Shown piece by piece: positions 8,331-16,994 of a DNA stretch of 38,602 nucleotides. Numbering within the stretch: position 1 is the first letter of the stretch; every line of letters starts with the position of its first letter. The stretch is from an uncultured Eubacteriales bacterium (GTDB lineage Bacteria; Bacillota; Clostridia; Christensenellales; Aristaeellaceae), in assembly GCA_902772995.1 (NCBI GenBank), contig CACYCQ010000168.1:1-38602 (forward strand), in the 5' to 3' direction. The position numbers were made by a program, and so were the translations under genes. The notes under the pieces were generated by a model. The model was not told the origin of the DNA. It did no database searches and saw nothing but the letters and a program-made list of their open reading frames with translations.

Positions 8331-9073
8331 TTCTGAAAAGGACGGCCATCTGGACAGTACTTCTGCTGTGTCTGTCAGTCTCCCTTGCGGCTGCGGAAAG
8401 CCTGAATCTGGAGGAGATGCTCGCGGCACAGGAAGCACAGGTCATGAAGGAATGGACCTATCCCATTCCGTATGACCTGCTCAAAACCAGCGATACCATC
8501 CGGCTGGCCAACAAGACGCATCTGCTGGAGGAAGACTATATTCCAGGGGACCTGGTCCGTCTGAAGGTCCGCAAGATCAGCTCCGACCCCATCGAAATGC
8601 GGGCGGTGGCCTCTGCAGCGCTGGAGGAACTGTTTGATGCGGCCAAGGCGGACGGTGTTACCCTGTATGCCCACAGCGGATATCGAAGCTACCGGACCCA
8701 GAAGACCATGTACTACAACCGCCTCAAGAGCAATAACGGCAAGGATGACGGCGTGGTGGCCCTTCCCGGCTCCAGCGACCATCAGACGGGCCTGGGCATC
8801 GACGTGATCAACAAGGCGGGAATCGGCAAGCGGTTCACTCCGGCCTTTGCCGAGACCAAGGCCGGAAAATGGCTGGACGAGCACTGCTGGGATTACGGAT
8901 TCATCATCCGGTATCAGAAGGACAAGGAAGACCTGACAGAGATCATCTATGAGCCCTGGCACCTTCGCTATGTGGGCAAAGAGGTGGCGCGTTATATGCG
9001 GGACAGGCACCTGTGCCTGGAGGAATTTACGGAGGAATGGCAGCGTGCCGTTTCGGAATATGAAGCAAATTAA
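8327..9073 (+). CDS. M15B (VanY-like) D-alanyl-D-alanine carboxypeptidase, secreted paralog
   Basis: Signal-peptide-like MILKRTAIWTVLLLCLSVSLAAAES. Motifs SGYRSYRTQ, SSDHQTGLGIDV and EPWHLRYVG. Start overlaps the previous stop (ATGA). Confidence 0.8.
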   Translation: MILKRTAIWTVLLLCLSVSLAAAESLNLEEMLAAQEAQVMKEWTYPIPYDLLKTSDTIRLANKTHLLEEDYIPGDLVRLKVRKISSDPIEMRAVASAALEELFDAAKADGVTLYAHSGYRSYRTQKTMYYNRLKSNNGKDDGVVALPGSSDHQTGLGIDVINKAGIGKRFTPAFAETKAGKWLDEHCWDYGFIIRYQKDKEDLTEIIYEPWHLRYVGKEVARYMRDRHLCLEEFTEEWQRAVSEYEAN

Positions 9074-9087
9074 GGGAGGACATGATT

Positions 9088-10101
9088 ATGAGATTCTTGC
9101 TGACCGGCGGAGCAGGCTTTATAGGTTCGCATACCTGTGTGGAAATGCTGAATGCCGGATATGACGTGGTGGTGGCAGACAACCTGTACAACAGCAGCCG
9201 CAAGGTGATTGACCGGGTAGAGGAACTGACGGGCAAGAAGGTCATCTTCGAGGAAGCGGATATGACCGATACCCAGGCTGTGGAACGGATTTTCTCACAG
9301 TATCAGCTGGACGGCGTGATCCATTTCGCAGCCTACAAGGCGGTGGGAGAATCCGTTGTCAAGCCCCTGGCCTATTACCGCAACAATCTGGACTGCACGC
9401 TGACGGTATGTGAAGCGATGCAGCGTCACGGGGTCAAGCGTTTTATCTTCAGTTCCTCCGCCACAGTGTACGGAATTCCGGACCATATGCCCCTGGATGA
9501 GACCATGCCCACCGGCTGCACCAACCCCTATGGCTGGACCAAATACATGAATGAGCGGATCCTTACAGACACGGCTGCAGCCAATCCCGACTGGTCCGTG
9601 GTTCTTCTGCGGTATTTCAATCCCATCGGTGCCCATGAAAGCGGCAGAATCGGAGAGATGCCCAACGGCATCCCCAACAACCTGCTGCCTTATGTGACCC
9701 AGGTGGCGGCGGGTAAACTCCCGATGCTGCATGTCTATGGCAATGACTATCCCACCAGGGACGGAACCGGTGTGCGGGACTACATCCATGTGGTGGATCT
9801 GGCAAAGGGCCATGTGGCGGCAGCAGCCTATGCCACGAAGCATACGGGCGCGGAGATTATCAACCTTGGAACTGGAAACGGCTACAGCGTGCTGGAGATC
9901 ATCCACGCCTTTGAAAAGGTGAACGGGCTGACGATTCCTTACCAGATCGAAGCCCGCCGGCCCGGAGACATTGCAGAGTGCTGGGCAGACCCTGCCAAAG
10001 CGGAAAAGCTGCTGCACTGGCATGCGGAAAAGAACCTTGAGGACATGTGCAGGGACAGCTGGCGCTGGCAGTCCAATAATCCCAATGGCTACGAAGACTG
10101 A
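9088..10101 (+). CDS. galE: UDP-glucose 4-epimerase
   Basis: LLTGGAGFIGSH Rossmann motif, SSSATVYG, catalytic YGWTK (YxxxK), and the GalE-typical DGTGVRDYIHVVDLA. AGGGAGGA sits 7 nt before the ATG at 9088; the track start at 9082 is too close to the RBS. Confidence 0.9.
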   Translation: MRFLLTGGAGFIGSHTCVEMLNAGYDVVVADNLYNSSRKVIDRVEELTGKKVIFEEADMTDTQAVERIFSQYQLDGVIHFAAYKAVGESVVKPLAYYRNNLDCTLTVCEAMQRHGVKRFIFSSSATVYGIPDHMPLDETMPTGCTNPYGWTKYMNERILTDTAAANPDWSVVLLRYFNPIGAHESGRIGEMPNGIPNNLLPYVTQVAAGKLPMLHVYGNDYPTRDGTGVRDYIHVVDLAKGHVAAAAYATKHTGAEIINLGTGNGYSVLEIIHAFEKVNGLTIPYQIEARRPGDIAECWADPAKAEKLLHWHAEKNLEDMCRDSWRWQSNNPNGYED

Positions 10102-10363
10102 CCCGCAGCACCTGACGTCCGTCTTGAGATGCATGGAATGGATTTATTCCAAATATCAACACAGTGGCAAAGTGATGAGATCGCTTTGTCCGGACCTGAT
10201 TGGGGAAATCTTCATTCCGAGGTGATGAGAAAGAACACAATGGGAGGAACTCCTTTACTTGGATGGGTTCCACAGACGTACCGGAATGTCAAGAACCTCC
10301 GCAGTTTTCGGGAATGATCATTATCCTACCACATCGCGTATGTGTTGTTTCGATTTCCACTTT

Positions 10364-10390
10364 AAGCCGCCTTCGGGCGGCTTTTTGTGT
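10364..10390 (+). terminator. Rho-independent terminator
   Basis: AAGCCGCC TTCG GGCGGCTT stem-loop followed by TTTT. The T-tract lies inside a tandem decamer CTTTTTGTGT x2 (10381-10400). It sits about 260 nt after the galE stop. Confidence 0.8.
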
Positions 10391-10506
10391 CTTTTTGTGT
10401 CTTCAGGAAGAGATGACCAAGCCGAATAAACATCCGCAGGGAGGGCCAGGTGTCCCTCCAGGGTATTCATCCAGGGTAATCAGGATGTGACATCTTCAGG
10501 AAAAAC

Positions 10507-10535
10507 TTGTACGTGCCCGTCTTTTGACATATAAT
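10507..10535 (+). promoter_or_regulatory. Possible SigA-type promoter for the 10576 gene
   Basis: TTGTAC, 17 nt spacer, TATAAT (10530-10535). An AGAGGAGGA RBS precedes the ATG at 10576. Confidence 0.4.
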
Positions 10536-10575
10536 CAACAGGTCAGCTTTCATTCATTTTCAAGAGGAGGACCGT

Positions 10576-11379
10576 ATGTACAGACTTCTGCTGGTGACTG
10601 ACAAAAACGATATCCGAAACCTCTATGAAAAATATCCGGAATGGGAAAACCTGGGCTTTGAGCGGCCAGTAGTGGTGGGTAGCGCACAGCAGGGCATCGA
10701 CCAGATGGCCCATCACCGGTTCGATACCGTCTCATGGCTGTTGTCCGTCAAGGAAGCCAAGACCTTTTACAATTACATCTACAAAAGAACTGATGTGATG
10801 GGGATGAGCACACAAAGGGATGTCCAGCATCTCCGGCGGGAAATCAGCAATACCCGCAGAGCCCTGGCTAGCAGAGACGCATTGCGTCAGATCCGTCAGG
10901 GAGATGAAATGGCCACGGCCTTCCGGGAGGAATTCTTCCTGGATTTGCTTCGCGGAACCCCCTATGACAAGGCGAAGATCGATGGACGTTCCGCGATTAA
11001 CCGTGACGCGGGCATCCATCCGGAATGGCCGGTCTGTATGGCAACCTTCCGGCTGCCGGACGGAGACAGCTTTCTTGCGGAAGTATGGAAATATGGCAGG
11101 GACAGACTTGAAAACGCCCTGTGCAACATCTTTGAGAACGGTTCGGAAGAATACGAATATACCCTTCTGATGATCAATCCGCACCATTTACGGCTGTTGT
11201 CCGTTCCCAGGTCCCCCAAAAATGAAGATGATGTGTATGCCAGTATGCTCGAGCATCTGCATCACTGTGAGTCCAATCTTGAGAACTATTTCGAATTGTC
11301 CATGAATATCCGGCGGGTGGTTTCCTATGGCAATCTGTATGCCCTCGGGGAGGAAAATGCAAGACGGAACGCCCACTGA
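10576..11379 (+). CDS. Hypothetical protein with a degenerate YesN-type receiver-like N-terminus and no output domain recognised
   Basis: MYRLLLVTDKNDIRNLYEKYPEWENLGFERPVVVGSAQQGIDQM resembles the N-terminus of YesN/AraC-type response regulators. VTD replaces VDD, and the expected phospho-Asp position reads VSWLLS. No AraC HTH is present. Strong RBS. Confidence 0.55.
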   Translation: MYRLLLVTDKNDIRNLYEKYPEWENLGFERPVVVGSAQQGIDQMAHHRFDTVSWLLSVKEAKTFYNYIYKRTDVMGMSTQRDVQHLRREISNTRRALASRDALRQIRQGDEMATAFREEFFLDLLRGTPYDKAKIDGRSAINRDAGIHPEWPVCMATFRLPDGDSFLAEVWKYGRDRLENALCNIFENGSEEYEYTLLMINPHHLRLLSVPRSPKNEDDVYASMLEHLHHCESNLENYFELSMNIRRVVSYGNLYALGEENARRNAH

Positions 11380-11397
11380 GAAAAAGGAGTAGATGTC

Positions 11398-12387
11398 GTG
11401 ACGGAAGACATGTTCAAATCCGGGGAAGGGGAACTGATCCAGAATCTCTTTGGCAGCCGGGACGAGAATATCCGCCGGCTGGAGGAAATGACCGGAACCA
11501 CCATCTCCCTGAGAGAAGGCAACATTGTCGTGGAAGGCGGAAATGAAGACCGGGTGGATGCCTGCAGGGAGGTTCTTTCCCACCTGATGCAGATGGTCAA
11601 AACCGGGGAGAGAATCACTCCGGCGATTGTCCAGTATGCCATAGGCCTGCAGAAAAGGGGAGAGCTCGACCAGCTTAGCGGTCTGTTTACCGAAGTCGTC
11701 GCCAAGACTTTCAGGGGAAAGCCGATCCGATGCAAAACGGTGGGACAGAAAGCCTACATCGACGCCATTCGGACCCATACCCTGACCTTCTCCGTAGGCC
11801 CTGCAGGGACAGGAAAAACCTACCTTGCCATGGCCATGGCGGTCACTGCACTCAGAAACAAGGAAATCGAACGGATTGTCATGACACGGCCGGCGGTTGA
11901 AGCCGGAGAAAAGCTGGGCTTTCTGCCCGGAGATCTCAATCAGAAAGTCGATCCGTACCTGCGTCCGCTATATGATGCCATGTTTGAAATGCTTGGGAGT
12001 GAGACCTGTCAGCGGCTTCAGGAACGCGGCGTCATTGAAGTGGCTCCCCTGGCCTACATGCGCGGGAGGACACTGAGCAATGCCTTTATCATCCTGGATG
12101 AGGCACAGAACACGACTAGAGAACAGATGAAGATGTTCCTGACCAGAATCGGATTCGGATCCAAGGTCATCGTAACCGGAGACCCTTCCCAGGTTGATCT
12201 TCCCTATGGAAAGACCAGCGGTCTTGATGAAGCGGTTCTCGTCCTTGAGGGCGTCAAGGACATTGCCATCTGCCCCCTGACACATCAGGACGTTGTCCGG
12301 CACGAGCTGGTCCAGGCAATTGTCAAAGCATATGACGATCATGCCTCCCGGATGAAGGAGAAGAAGTCCTATGGAAAAGAAAAGTAG
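11398..12387 (+). CDS. phoH: PhoH-family ATPase
   Basis: Walker A GPAGTGKTYLAMA, Walker B IILDEAQN, VIVTGDPSQVDLP. GTG start with AAGGAG 8 nt upstream. Confidence 0.9.
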   Translation: MTEDMFKSGEGELIQNLFGSRDENIRRLEEMTGTTISLREGNIVVEGGNEDRVDACREVLSHLMQMVKTGERITPAIVQYAIGLQKRGELDQLSGLFTEVVAKTFRGKPIRCKTVGQKAYIDAIRTHTLTFSVGPAGTGKTYLAMAMAVTALRNKEIERIVMTRPAVEAGEKLGFLPGDLNQKVDPYLRPLYDAMFEMLGSETCQRLQERGVIEVAPLAYMRGRTLSNAFIILDEAQNTTREQMKMFLTRIGFGSKVIVTGDPSQVDLPYGKTSGLDEAVLVLEGVKDIAICPLTHQDVVRHELVQAIVKAYDDHASRMKEKKSYGKEK

Positions 12388-14515
12388 AAGTCTGCTGACA
12401 GAGCAGACCCCCTTGGGCAAACGTCTTCGAACAGGACTGTTCCTGATTATCAGCTATTTCATCATCCTCTTTATCTCGGTAGCGGCCCTTTCTCCGGAAC
12501 GCTATGACGTGAAGGTGGGGGACGTCTCTCCGGCTACCATCACCGCCGCCAAGGATATTGTGGATGAACTGACCACCGAACGGCGCAGGAAAAGCGCGGA
12601 AGACTCTGTCTCCCCGGTGTACTACAAAGATGAAAGCGTCTCGGAAATCGTGATTTCCGATATCAATTCATGCTTTTCTGAACTGCGGGCAGTCCGCGCC
12701 CTCGGAGAACAGATCCGTCTCAACTGGGCAGACAGCAACAATACATATACAGAGGATAACTTCACCAAAGCCTCCGAGCTTTTGACCATGCTGAATCTGT
12801 CCACCTATCAGCTTAGAACCCTGATGAATACCAGCGAGGACGATCTGGAAAGCCTGTATCAGACGCTCCTGTCCGCCGTACGGACCATGCTCCTGTCCTC
12901 CATCAACGAAGGACAGATCAATGACGCGATTTCCAGCATCCAGCAGATTGTCTCCTACAACACCCGAACCGACCTGTGGTACAACGTGGCCATACCGACC
13001 CTGCGTGCCTGTTTGCGCGCCAATATGCTGATTGATCAGGTTGCCACGGAGGAGAACCGGCAGAAAGCCCGGGACGCCGTGGATCCCACAACCTACAAGC
13101 AGGGCCAGAATATTGTGGTCAAGGGAGACCGGATTACAGAGGTTCAGTATGCCGTGCTCCAGTCCCTGGGCGTTCTGGAAGGCGAAAAGATCGACTATTT
13201 CATGTATGTCGCCGGGGCGGCGATCACTGCCCTCATCATGGCAACCTGTTTCCTGCTGGTGGTCCTGTATGCCCGGGAAATGCTCGATTCCATGATGAAT
13301 GCGATGGCGCTGATGCTGTGCCTGATCGTCACCTTGGTTCTTTGTCTGCTGACAGGGACAAAACTGGGCGTCTGGGCCATGCCGACAGTGCTGCTTCCGC
13401 TGCTGCTGGTCAATCTGCTGGGCATCAAGCCGGCATATATCGGCAATCTGATGCTGACGCTGATGATGACCTTCCTGACGGTGCAGTCGGTGGACCTGGA
13501 TACCTCCCAGACCCTGAGCATTCTGCTCATCTGTACAGTTGGCGGCACCTTTGCCATTTTCATGATGAAGCACAGTGCAACACGGATCTTTGTCGTGCTC
13601 ACCGGAATCCTGACCGGCATTGTCAACGCAATGATCCTCAGTTGTGTCACACTGCTGACCAGCGATGCCAAAGGCGGCATACTCACCAATGCCAGCTATG
13701 AGGTATTGGTTTCGCTCCTGTCCGCTATTATCTGCATCGGGCTTCAGCCCATTATGGAATCCGCCTTTAATCTGGTTACACCCTCCAAGCTGATCGAACT
13801 GTCCAACCCCAACCAGCCGCTGCTTCGCAGACTGATGATCGAAACCCCCGGAACCTATCATCACTCGATGGTGGTGGCCAACCTGGCAGAGGCCGCTGCA
13901 GAAGTGGTGGGAGCCAACGCACTGCTTGTGCGGGTGGGCGCATATTATCATGACATCGGCAAACTGGTCCGGCCGATCTATTTCAAGGAAAACCAGATGG
14001 GAGACAATCCCCATGACCGGACTGACCCCAAGGTGAGTGCCGCCATCCTGACAGAGCACACACAGGACGGTGCCGATCTGGCTCGCAAGCACCACCTGCC
14101 AGAGCCGATTATTGAAATGATCCAGCAGCATCACGGGGACACACCCGTCATGTATTTCTACGCCAAGGCCATTGAACTGTATGGCGAAGATAAAGTGGAC
14201 ATTCAGGATTTCCGCTATGTCGGTCCAAAGCCCAGGAGCGCAGAAGCCGCCATTCTGATGCTCTCAGACACCGTGGAAGCCGCCGTCCGGGCCATGAGGG
14301 AACCGACAAAGGAAAAAATCTCAGAACTGATCGAAAAACTGGTACGTGGAAAAATGGAAGATGGACAGCTGGATGAATGCACACTAACCTTCCGGGATAT
14401 TGGAAAAATCCGGCAGTCCTTTGAAAATTCACTCCAGGGCGTGTTCCATCAGCGCATTGAATATCCGGATGTGAAAGTCAAGTCGCAAAGAGCGGCGGAA
14501 TCGGGAAGCAAATGA
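12371..14515 (+). CDS. pgpH: 7TM-HD membrane phosphohydrolase (YqfF/PgpH family, cyclic-di-AMP phosphodiesterase type)
   Basis: Large extracytoplasmic N-domain, a block of roughly seven TM helices, and a C-terminal HD domain YHHSMVVANLAE...GAYYHDIGK...QQHHG. Conserved position between phoH and ybeY. 17 nt overlap with phoH. Confidence 0.85.
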   Translation: MEKKSRSLLTEQTPLGKRLRTGLFLIISYFIILFISVAALSPERYDVKVGDVSPATITAAKDIVDELTTERRRKSAEDSVSPVYYKDESVSEIVISDINSCFSELRAVRALGEQIRLNWADSNNTYTEDNFTKASELLTMLNLSTYQLRTLMNTSEDDLESLYQTLLSAVRTMLLSSINEGQINDAISSIQQIVSYNTRTDLWYNVAIPTLRACLRANMLIDQVATEENRQKARDAVDPTTYKQGQNIVVKGDRITEVQYAVLQSLGVLEGEKIDYFMYVAGAAITALIMATCFLLVVLYAREMLDSMMNAMALMLCLIVTLVLCLLTGTKLGVWAMPTVLLPLLLVNLLGIKPAYIGNLMLTLMMTFLTVQSVDLDTSQTLSILLICTVGGTFAIFMMKHSATRIFVVLTGILTGIVNAMILSCVTLLTSDAKGGILTNASYEVLVSLLSAIICIGLQPIMESAFNLVTPSKLIELSNPNQPLLRRLMIETPGTYHHSMVVANLAEAAAEVVGANALLVRVGAYYHDIGKLVRPIYFKENQMGDNPHDRTDPKVSAAILTEHTQDGADLARKHHLPEPIIEMIQQHHGDTPVMYFYAKAIELYGEDKVDIQDFRYVGPKPRSAEAAILMLSDTVEAAVRAMREPTKEKISELIEKLVRGKMEDGQLDECTLTFRDIGKIRQSFENSLQGVFHQRIEYPDVKVKSQRAAESGSK

Positions 14516-15024
14516 AACTTGAAATCGAAGACCTGACGCATACCCTGGATTCATCGACACAGGATCTTCTCCTGAGGTGCGCGGAGGCATCTGCAGCAGC
14601 TGAATGCATCCGCCTGCCGCTCAGTGTCTATGTCAGGGTGACAGGAGATGAAGAAATCCATGAAATCAACCTGCAGACACGGGGGATAGACCGCGCCACC
14701 GACGTGCTGTCCTTTCCCACTGTCCGCTACCCTGACGGGAAAACCGCAGGATGCTGTGAGGCTCTTGTACGAAAGGAATGGGATCCGGAAAGTCAATCCT
14801 GTATGATCGGAGATATCCTCATCTCCATCGATCACGTCAGAGAGCAGGCTCGGGAATATGGTCACAGCGAACACAGGGAGCTTGGCTATCTTCTGACGCA
14901 TGCCATGATGCACCTGTTCGGGTATGATCACATGACCCCGGAGGAGAAGAAAAGGATGCGGTCCAAAGAGGAAGATGCATTGAAGATTGCAGGTCTTCCG
15001 AGAGAAAAGGAGATAACAATATGA
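14512..15024 (+). CDS. ybeY: Endoribonuclease YbeY
   Basis: Zinc motif HAMMHLFGYDH (HxxxHxxGxxH). ATGA overlap with the upstream gene. Confidence 0.9.
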   Translation: MKLEIEDLTHTLDSSTQDLLLRCAEASAAAECIRLPLSVYVRVTGDEEIHEINLQTRGIDRATDVLSFPTVRYPDGKTAGCCEALVRKEWDPESQSCMIGDILISIDHVREQAREYGHSEHRELGYLLTHAMMHLFGYDHMTPEEKKRMRSKEEDALKIAGLPREKEITI

Positions 15025-15416
15025 CGGATACTGAATTGATTGCCATCGCTCAGAAAGCCAGAGAAAACGCCTATACGCCTTACAGCGGGTACCGGGTCGG
15101 CGCAGCACTGCTGGGCGAAGATGGTATTGTCTATTCAGGATGCAATGTGGAAAATTCGGCTTATGGAAATACCCTCTGCGCGGAAAGAACCGCACTGGTT
15201 AAAGCCGTCAGTGAGGGATGCCGCCGGTTTGTCAGGATAGCGATTGTATCCTCAGGTTCTGCTCCTTATCCCTGCGGAGCCTGCAGACAGTCTCTCTATG
15301 AGTTTGCTCCGGATCTTGAAGTCATTGTAGCCTGGGATGGACATGTTGAAAAAACCACTCTCCGTGAACTGTTGCCTCATGGCTTTGGACCGGAATCATT
15401 GGAAAAGCGAGGATGA
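15021..15416 (+). CDS. cdd: Cytidine deaminase
   Basis: CAERTAL and PCGACRQ zinc-binding motifs. 131 aa. Confidence 0.9.
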   Translation: MTDTELIAIAQKARENAYTPYSGYRVGAALLGEDGIVYSGCNVENSAYGNTLCAERTALVKAVSEGCRRFVRIAIVSSGSAPYPCGACRQSLYEFAPDLEVIVAWDGHVEKTTLRELLPHGFGPESLEKRG

Positions 15417-15417
15417 G

Positions 15418-16308
15418 ATGATGGACACTCAGCCATTCCATTCCGGATTTGTTGCTATTGTCGGAAGGCCCAATGTGGGAAAATCCACGCTGATGAATGC
15501 GCTCATCGGAGAAAAGGTCTCCATCGTTTCCAGCAAACCCCAGACCACCCGCAACAGGATTATGGGGGTGGCAGGCGGCGAAGACTGGCAAATAGTTTTT
15601 CTAGATACTCCCGGAATGCACACCCCCAGAACCCGGTTGGGCGAATACATGGTCAAAAGCATTGAAGATGCCATGGAAGGCATCGACTGTCTGATTGTGA
15701 TGGCAGACCTGACAGCCATTGGCCATCAGGACCGGGAAATCATGAAACAGATGGCAACCAAAAAGGTTCCGAGAATCCTGGTGCTCAACAAGATGGACCT
15801 GGTGGAGGAAAAACGAGTTTTTGAAACGCTCGCTGAGCTGGCTTCCTATGAATATGATGCGATGATTCCCGTCAGTGCCAGAACAGGATCCGGTCTGGAG
15901 GAACTCAAGAAGATTCTGAAGAAGACCCTTCCGGAAGGCCCTCGCTACTTTCCCGAAGACATGATTACCGACCAACCTGAAAGGCTGATTATTGCGGAAA
16001 TCATTCGCGAAAAAGCCCTGCTGCACCTGAAGGACGAAGTTCCCCACGGCATCGGCGTGGAAATCATGCGGATTGAAAAAAAATCCGAGACCTTGACAGA
16101 TGTTTTTGCCACGATTTACTGCGAACGCTCCAGCCACAAGGGCATCATTATCGGAAAACAGGGGAGCATGCTGCGGACCATTGGCACTGAAAGCCGGCAG
16201 GATATTGAAACCCTGATGGATACCCGGATTAATCTGAAACTGTGGGTGAAGGTCAGGGAAGACTGGCGAAACAGGATTTCGGATCTAAAAACGCTGGGAT
16301 ATGAATGA
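15418..16308 (+). CDS. era: GTPase Era
   Basis: SGFVAIVGRPNVGKSTLMNAL (G1), DTPG, NKMD, and a C-terminal KH domain. The track ORF starts at 15337 inside cdd. The MMDTQ start at 15418, 1 nt after the cdd stop, fits the usual Era N-terminus. Confidence 0.9.
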   Translation: MMDTQPFHSGFVAIVGRPNVGKSTLMNALIGEKVSIVSSKPQTTRNRIMGVAGGEDWQIVFLDTPGMHTPRTRLGEYMVKSIEDAMEGIDCLIVMADLTAIGHQDREIMKQMATKKVPRILVLNKMDLVEEKRVFETLAELASYEYDAMIPVSARTGSGLEELKKILKKTLPEGPRYFPEDMITDQPERLIIAEIIREKALLHLKDEVPHGIGVEIMRIEKKSETLTDVFATIYCERSSHKGIIIGKQGSMLRTIGTESRQDIETLMDTRINLKLWVKVREDWRNRISDLKTLGYE

Positions 16309-16693
16309 TTTCACCTGGTCTGTAAAAAGACGGCTGTTCTTTGGGAATTCCGAGTAACGGGCACCCAGTCCTGTCACAGCAGCGCCCTTATCCCTTGCGC
16401 AGAAGGTTCCCGCATGAATCCTCCTTCCTAAAGAGGAAATGGACATTTCCTGATGCTTTGAAATTGATCGGATGAAATACTGTTGCAGGGAACGTGGCGT
16501 CTTGCTTTGGAGAAAGGTATGCTCCCCGCCTTTGAATATGGAAGGGCAGATTATCTTTTAGTTTAGTCCATGGGAGGTTTTCGGCACGAACTGCTATACA
16601 CCGCCAGAAGTACAAAAAAGATCCATTGCAGACATTCCCCAGCTTTTTATCCCTGCATGTGAGTCACAGCAAGAAGGAAGGAGGATGCCTGCA

Positions 16694-16855
16694 ATGGATC
16701 AAATTCATACCATCAAAGAACTCTGCTGCGATAGCCTTCCCCATGAGGGTCAGGCTGGCCATGCGCGTTCAGCACATACAACAGCAGAAATATGCGGAGC
16801 CTATGTCATACGAGTGACCTATGCAATCCATTTTGGATCGATACAGCATATGTAA
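16694..16855 (+). CDS. Candidate 53 aa small ORF (His/Cys-rich), speculative
   Basis: Hand translation: MDQIHTIKELCCDSLPHEGQAGHARSAHTTAEICGAYVIRVTYAIHFGSIQHM. It is preceded by the strongest SD-like run in the gap, AAGGAAGGAGGA, 9 nt before the ATG. I recognise no homology and found no clear promoter. Confidence 0.2.
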   Translation: MDQIHTIKELCCDSLPHEGQAGHARSAHTTAEICGAYVIRVTYAIHFGSIQHM

Positions 16856-16994
16856 ATATTAGATATACAATTTCCTGTTAGAAAACAAACATCGTTTACA
16901 GCTCTACAGCCATACATGGCGCTGTGGTCCAGTACCCCGCCTCCCAATGAGAACACACACCATCTATCCTGCGAAACTGCCAATGGTACTTTTT

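Noticed and set aside
10102-10360. Assignment of the galE-downstream region to a known RNA family (6S, SRP/4.5S, tmRNA, RNase P)
   Set aside because: I looked for signature strings (RNase P GAGGAAAGTCC, the SRP domain IV GGAAG/AGCAGC pair, a tmRNA T-arm/CCA end) and found none. The 6S-like end-to-end pairing I could draw by hand is no better than might occur by chance. It is therefore kept only as an unclassified candidate.
12668-14134. 488 aa minus-strand ORF antisense to the 7TM-HD (pgpH) gene
   Set aside because: It has a Gln/His/Gly-rich composition and no start context, whereas the sense strand has a coherent TM block plus HD domain.
15337-15417. N-terminal extensions proposed by the ORF track (era 15337, ftsY 30947, membrane protein 24579, HgdB-like 18554, MTase-like 35168, nifS 4673, galE 9082)
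   Set aside because: Each extension overlaps the preceding gene or uses a rare start without an RBS. In each case an internal start has a proper SD and reproduces the usual family N-terminus.
16388-16817. 75 aa (minus) and 63 aa (plus) ORFs in the era-downstream gap
   Set aside because: The 75 aa (minus) ORF uses a TTG start with no SD; for the 63 aa (plus) ORF I found no convincing start signal either. Their composition is odd and I recognise no motif. I tried reading the gap as a decayed recO (a faint AVL...G...AEGSR resemblance to the RecO N-terminus), but the match is too weak to claim.
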